Positions 36,914-37,745 of a stretch of 37,745 nt of DNA are shown here, in pieces (the stretch's first letter is position 1; the number at the start of each line of letters is the position of its first letter). Location of the stretch: assembly GCA_031763465.1 (NCBI GenBank), contig JARFOE010000192.1:7923352-7961096 (forward strand). The letters are read 5' to 3'. The DNA comes from Squatina squatina (lineage: Eukaryota). Made by a program: the position numbers and the translations under genes. A model generated the notes under the pieces. It was not told where the DNA came from. It saw nothing but the letters and a program-made list of their open reading frames with translations, and did not search any database.

Positions 36914-37745
36914 ATGGCACATCTAAGTAGAAGGAGTCGCAGGTTCACCGATGGGGCACTGGACATTTTGGTGGCCTCTGTGGAGAGTAGGCAGGCACAG
37001 CTCTACCCGCTTTCAGGTAGAAGACCAGCACCTATCTATCGTTCCATGAGGCACGCGATAGCCACAGAGGTATCAGCGTCCGACATGGATGAGAGGACAC
37101 CCACGCAGTGCCGGAAGAAATTTAATGATTTAACCAGATTGGTGAGTGGCACATCTGCTGTGGCTGAAATGCTCCTCATCTCTGTATGTATGTAGATGTA
37201 AAGGATACATGCAGTCAGTATGCGTCATTCATAGATAAGGTATAATCATCTCATATGCCTACAATCATGACAGTATATCCAACACAACAGCACCGTGCTT
37301 ATCTTTATCTGCAATGATGCTGAAACACTGTCATTCCACTTGCAGGCCAAGGTGGCGGTCAATCGCGCTGAACAGAGGCAGACCATCCTCGATAACCCCT
37401 CCTCACCGACCTGGAGGAGGGAGTGTTATCACTCATCGGCCCTCAAGTGATGGAGCCAGTTGGCCAGGGCAATGCAGATCCAGATGCTGGCAACAATGGT
37501 AAGTGTTGCAGCTCTTATAATGCGATGTTTCCATCAGTCTCCATTAATGGATGTGTGTGCATTGTGGCCACCCTTAATGCCTCATGGGTCTTGCCTTCCC
37601 TTCTCCTGATCCCAAGATTGTGTTATTTGTCGTTGCAGATGATGCACGCGTCATGCCAGCCCCATCATCAGTGCTCAGCAGTGTGACTGAGGAGGGGGAA
37701 GAGGGCGACAGCCTTGAAGAGGTTGGGGGGGCAGGAAGAGAGAGA
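36914..37745 (+). mobile_element. Harbinger-type transposon Myb/SANT-like gene, three exons, frameshifted
   Basis: Exon 1 (36914-37141) reads MAHLSRRSRRFTDGALDILV...IATEVSA...RTPTQCRKKFNDLTRL with a GTGAGT donor. Exon 2 (37346-37498) reads AKVAVNRAEQRQT../..PLLTDLEEGVLSLIG with a GTAAGT donor and an internal frameshift. Exon 3 starts at 37639 and is acidic. The pattern matches the Myb_DNA-bind_5 (NAIF1/MSANTD-like) family. Confidence 0.82.

Noticed and set aside
36632-36922. Minus-strand 96-aa ORF with an apparent ttttaacag acceptor
   Set aside because: This is the wrong frame. ABCA13 similarity lies in another frame, and this peptide resembles nothing I recognise.

Overview
This is eukaryotic DNA, not prokaryotic. 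It is a heavily gapped vertebrate scaffold with 22 gaps of 100 N plus four of 80, 18, 10 and 10 N. The repeat content (CR1 and L2 LINE tails, Deu-type and other tRNA SINEs, Harbinger-like DNA transposon debris) suggests a cartilaginous fish. On the minus strand I recognise five ABCA13 exons, two of the three coding exons of VWC2 (brorin) and the first coding exon of IKZF1 (Ikaros). Their order and orientation match the human 7p12 block, and true distances are collapsed by the gaps. Three things do not fit that block. (1) An intact but divergent DOCK-C (DOCK6/7/8) DHR2 exon lies between VWC2 and IKZF1. (2) An ABCA13 exon is cut mid-exon and joined, without a gap, to sequence leading into a spliced Harbinger-type Myb/SANT gene. 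(3) The apparent ancestral VWC2 start codon is out of frame by 1 nt. Each could be real or an assembly artefact. Most ORFs in the supplied track are spurious. All family assignments come from recall of protein and repeat sequences, not from database searches.
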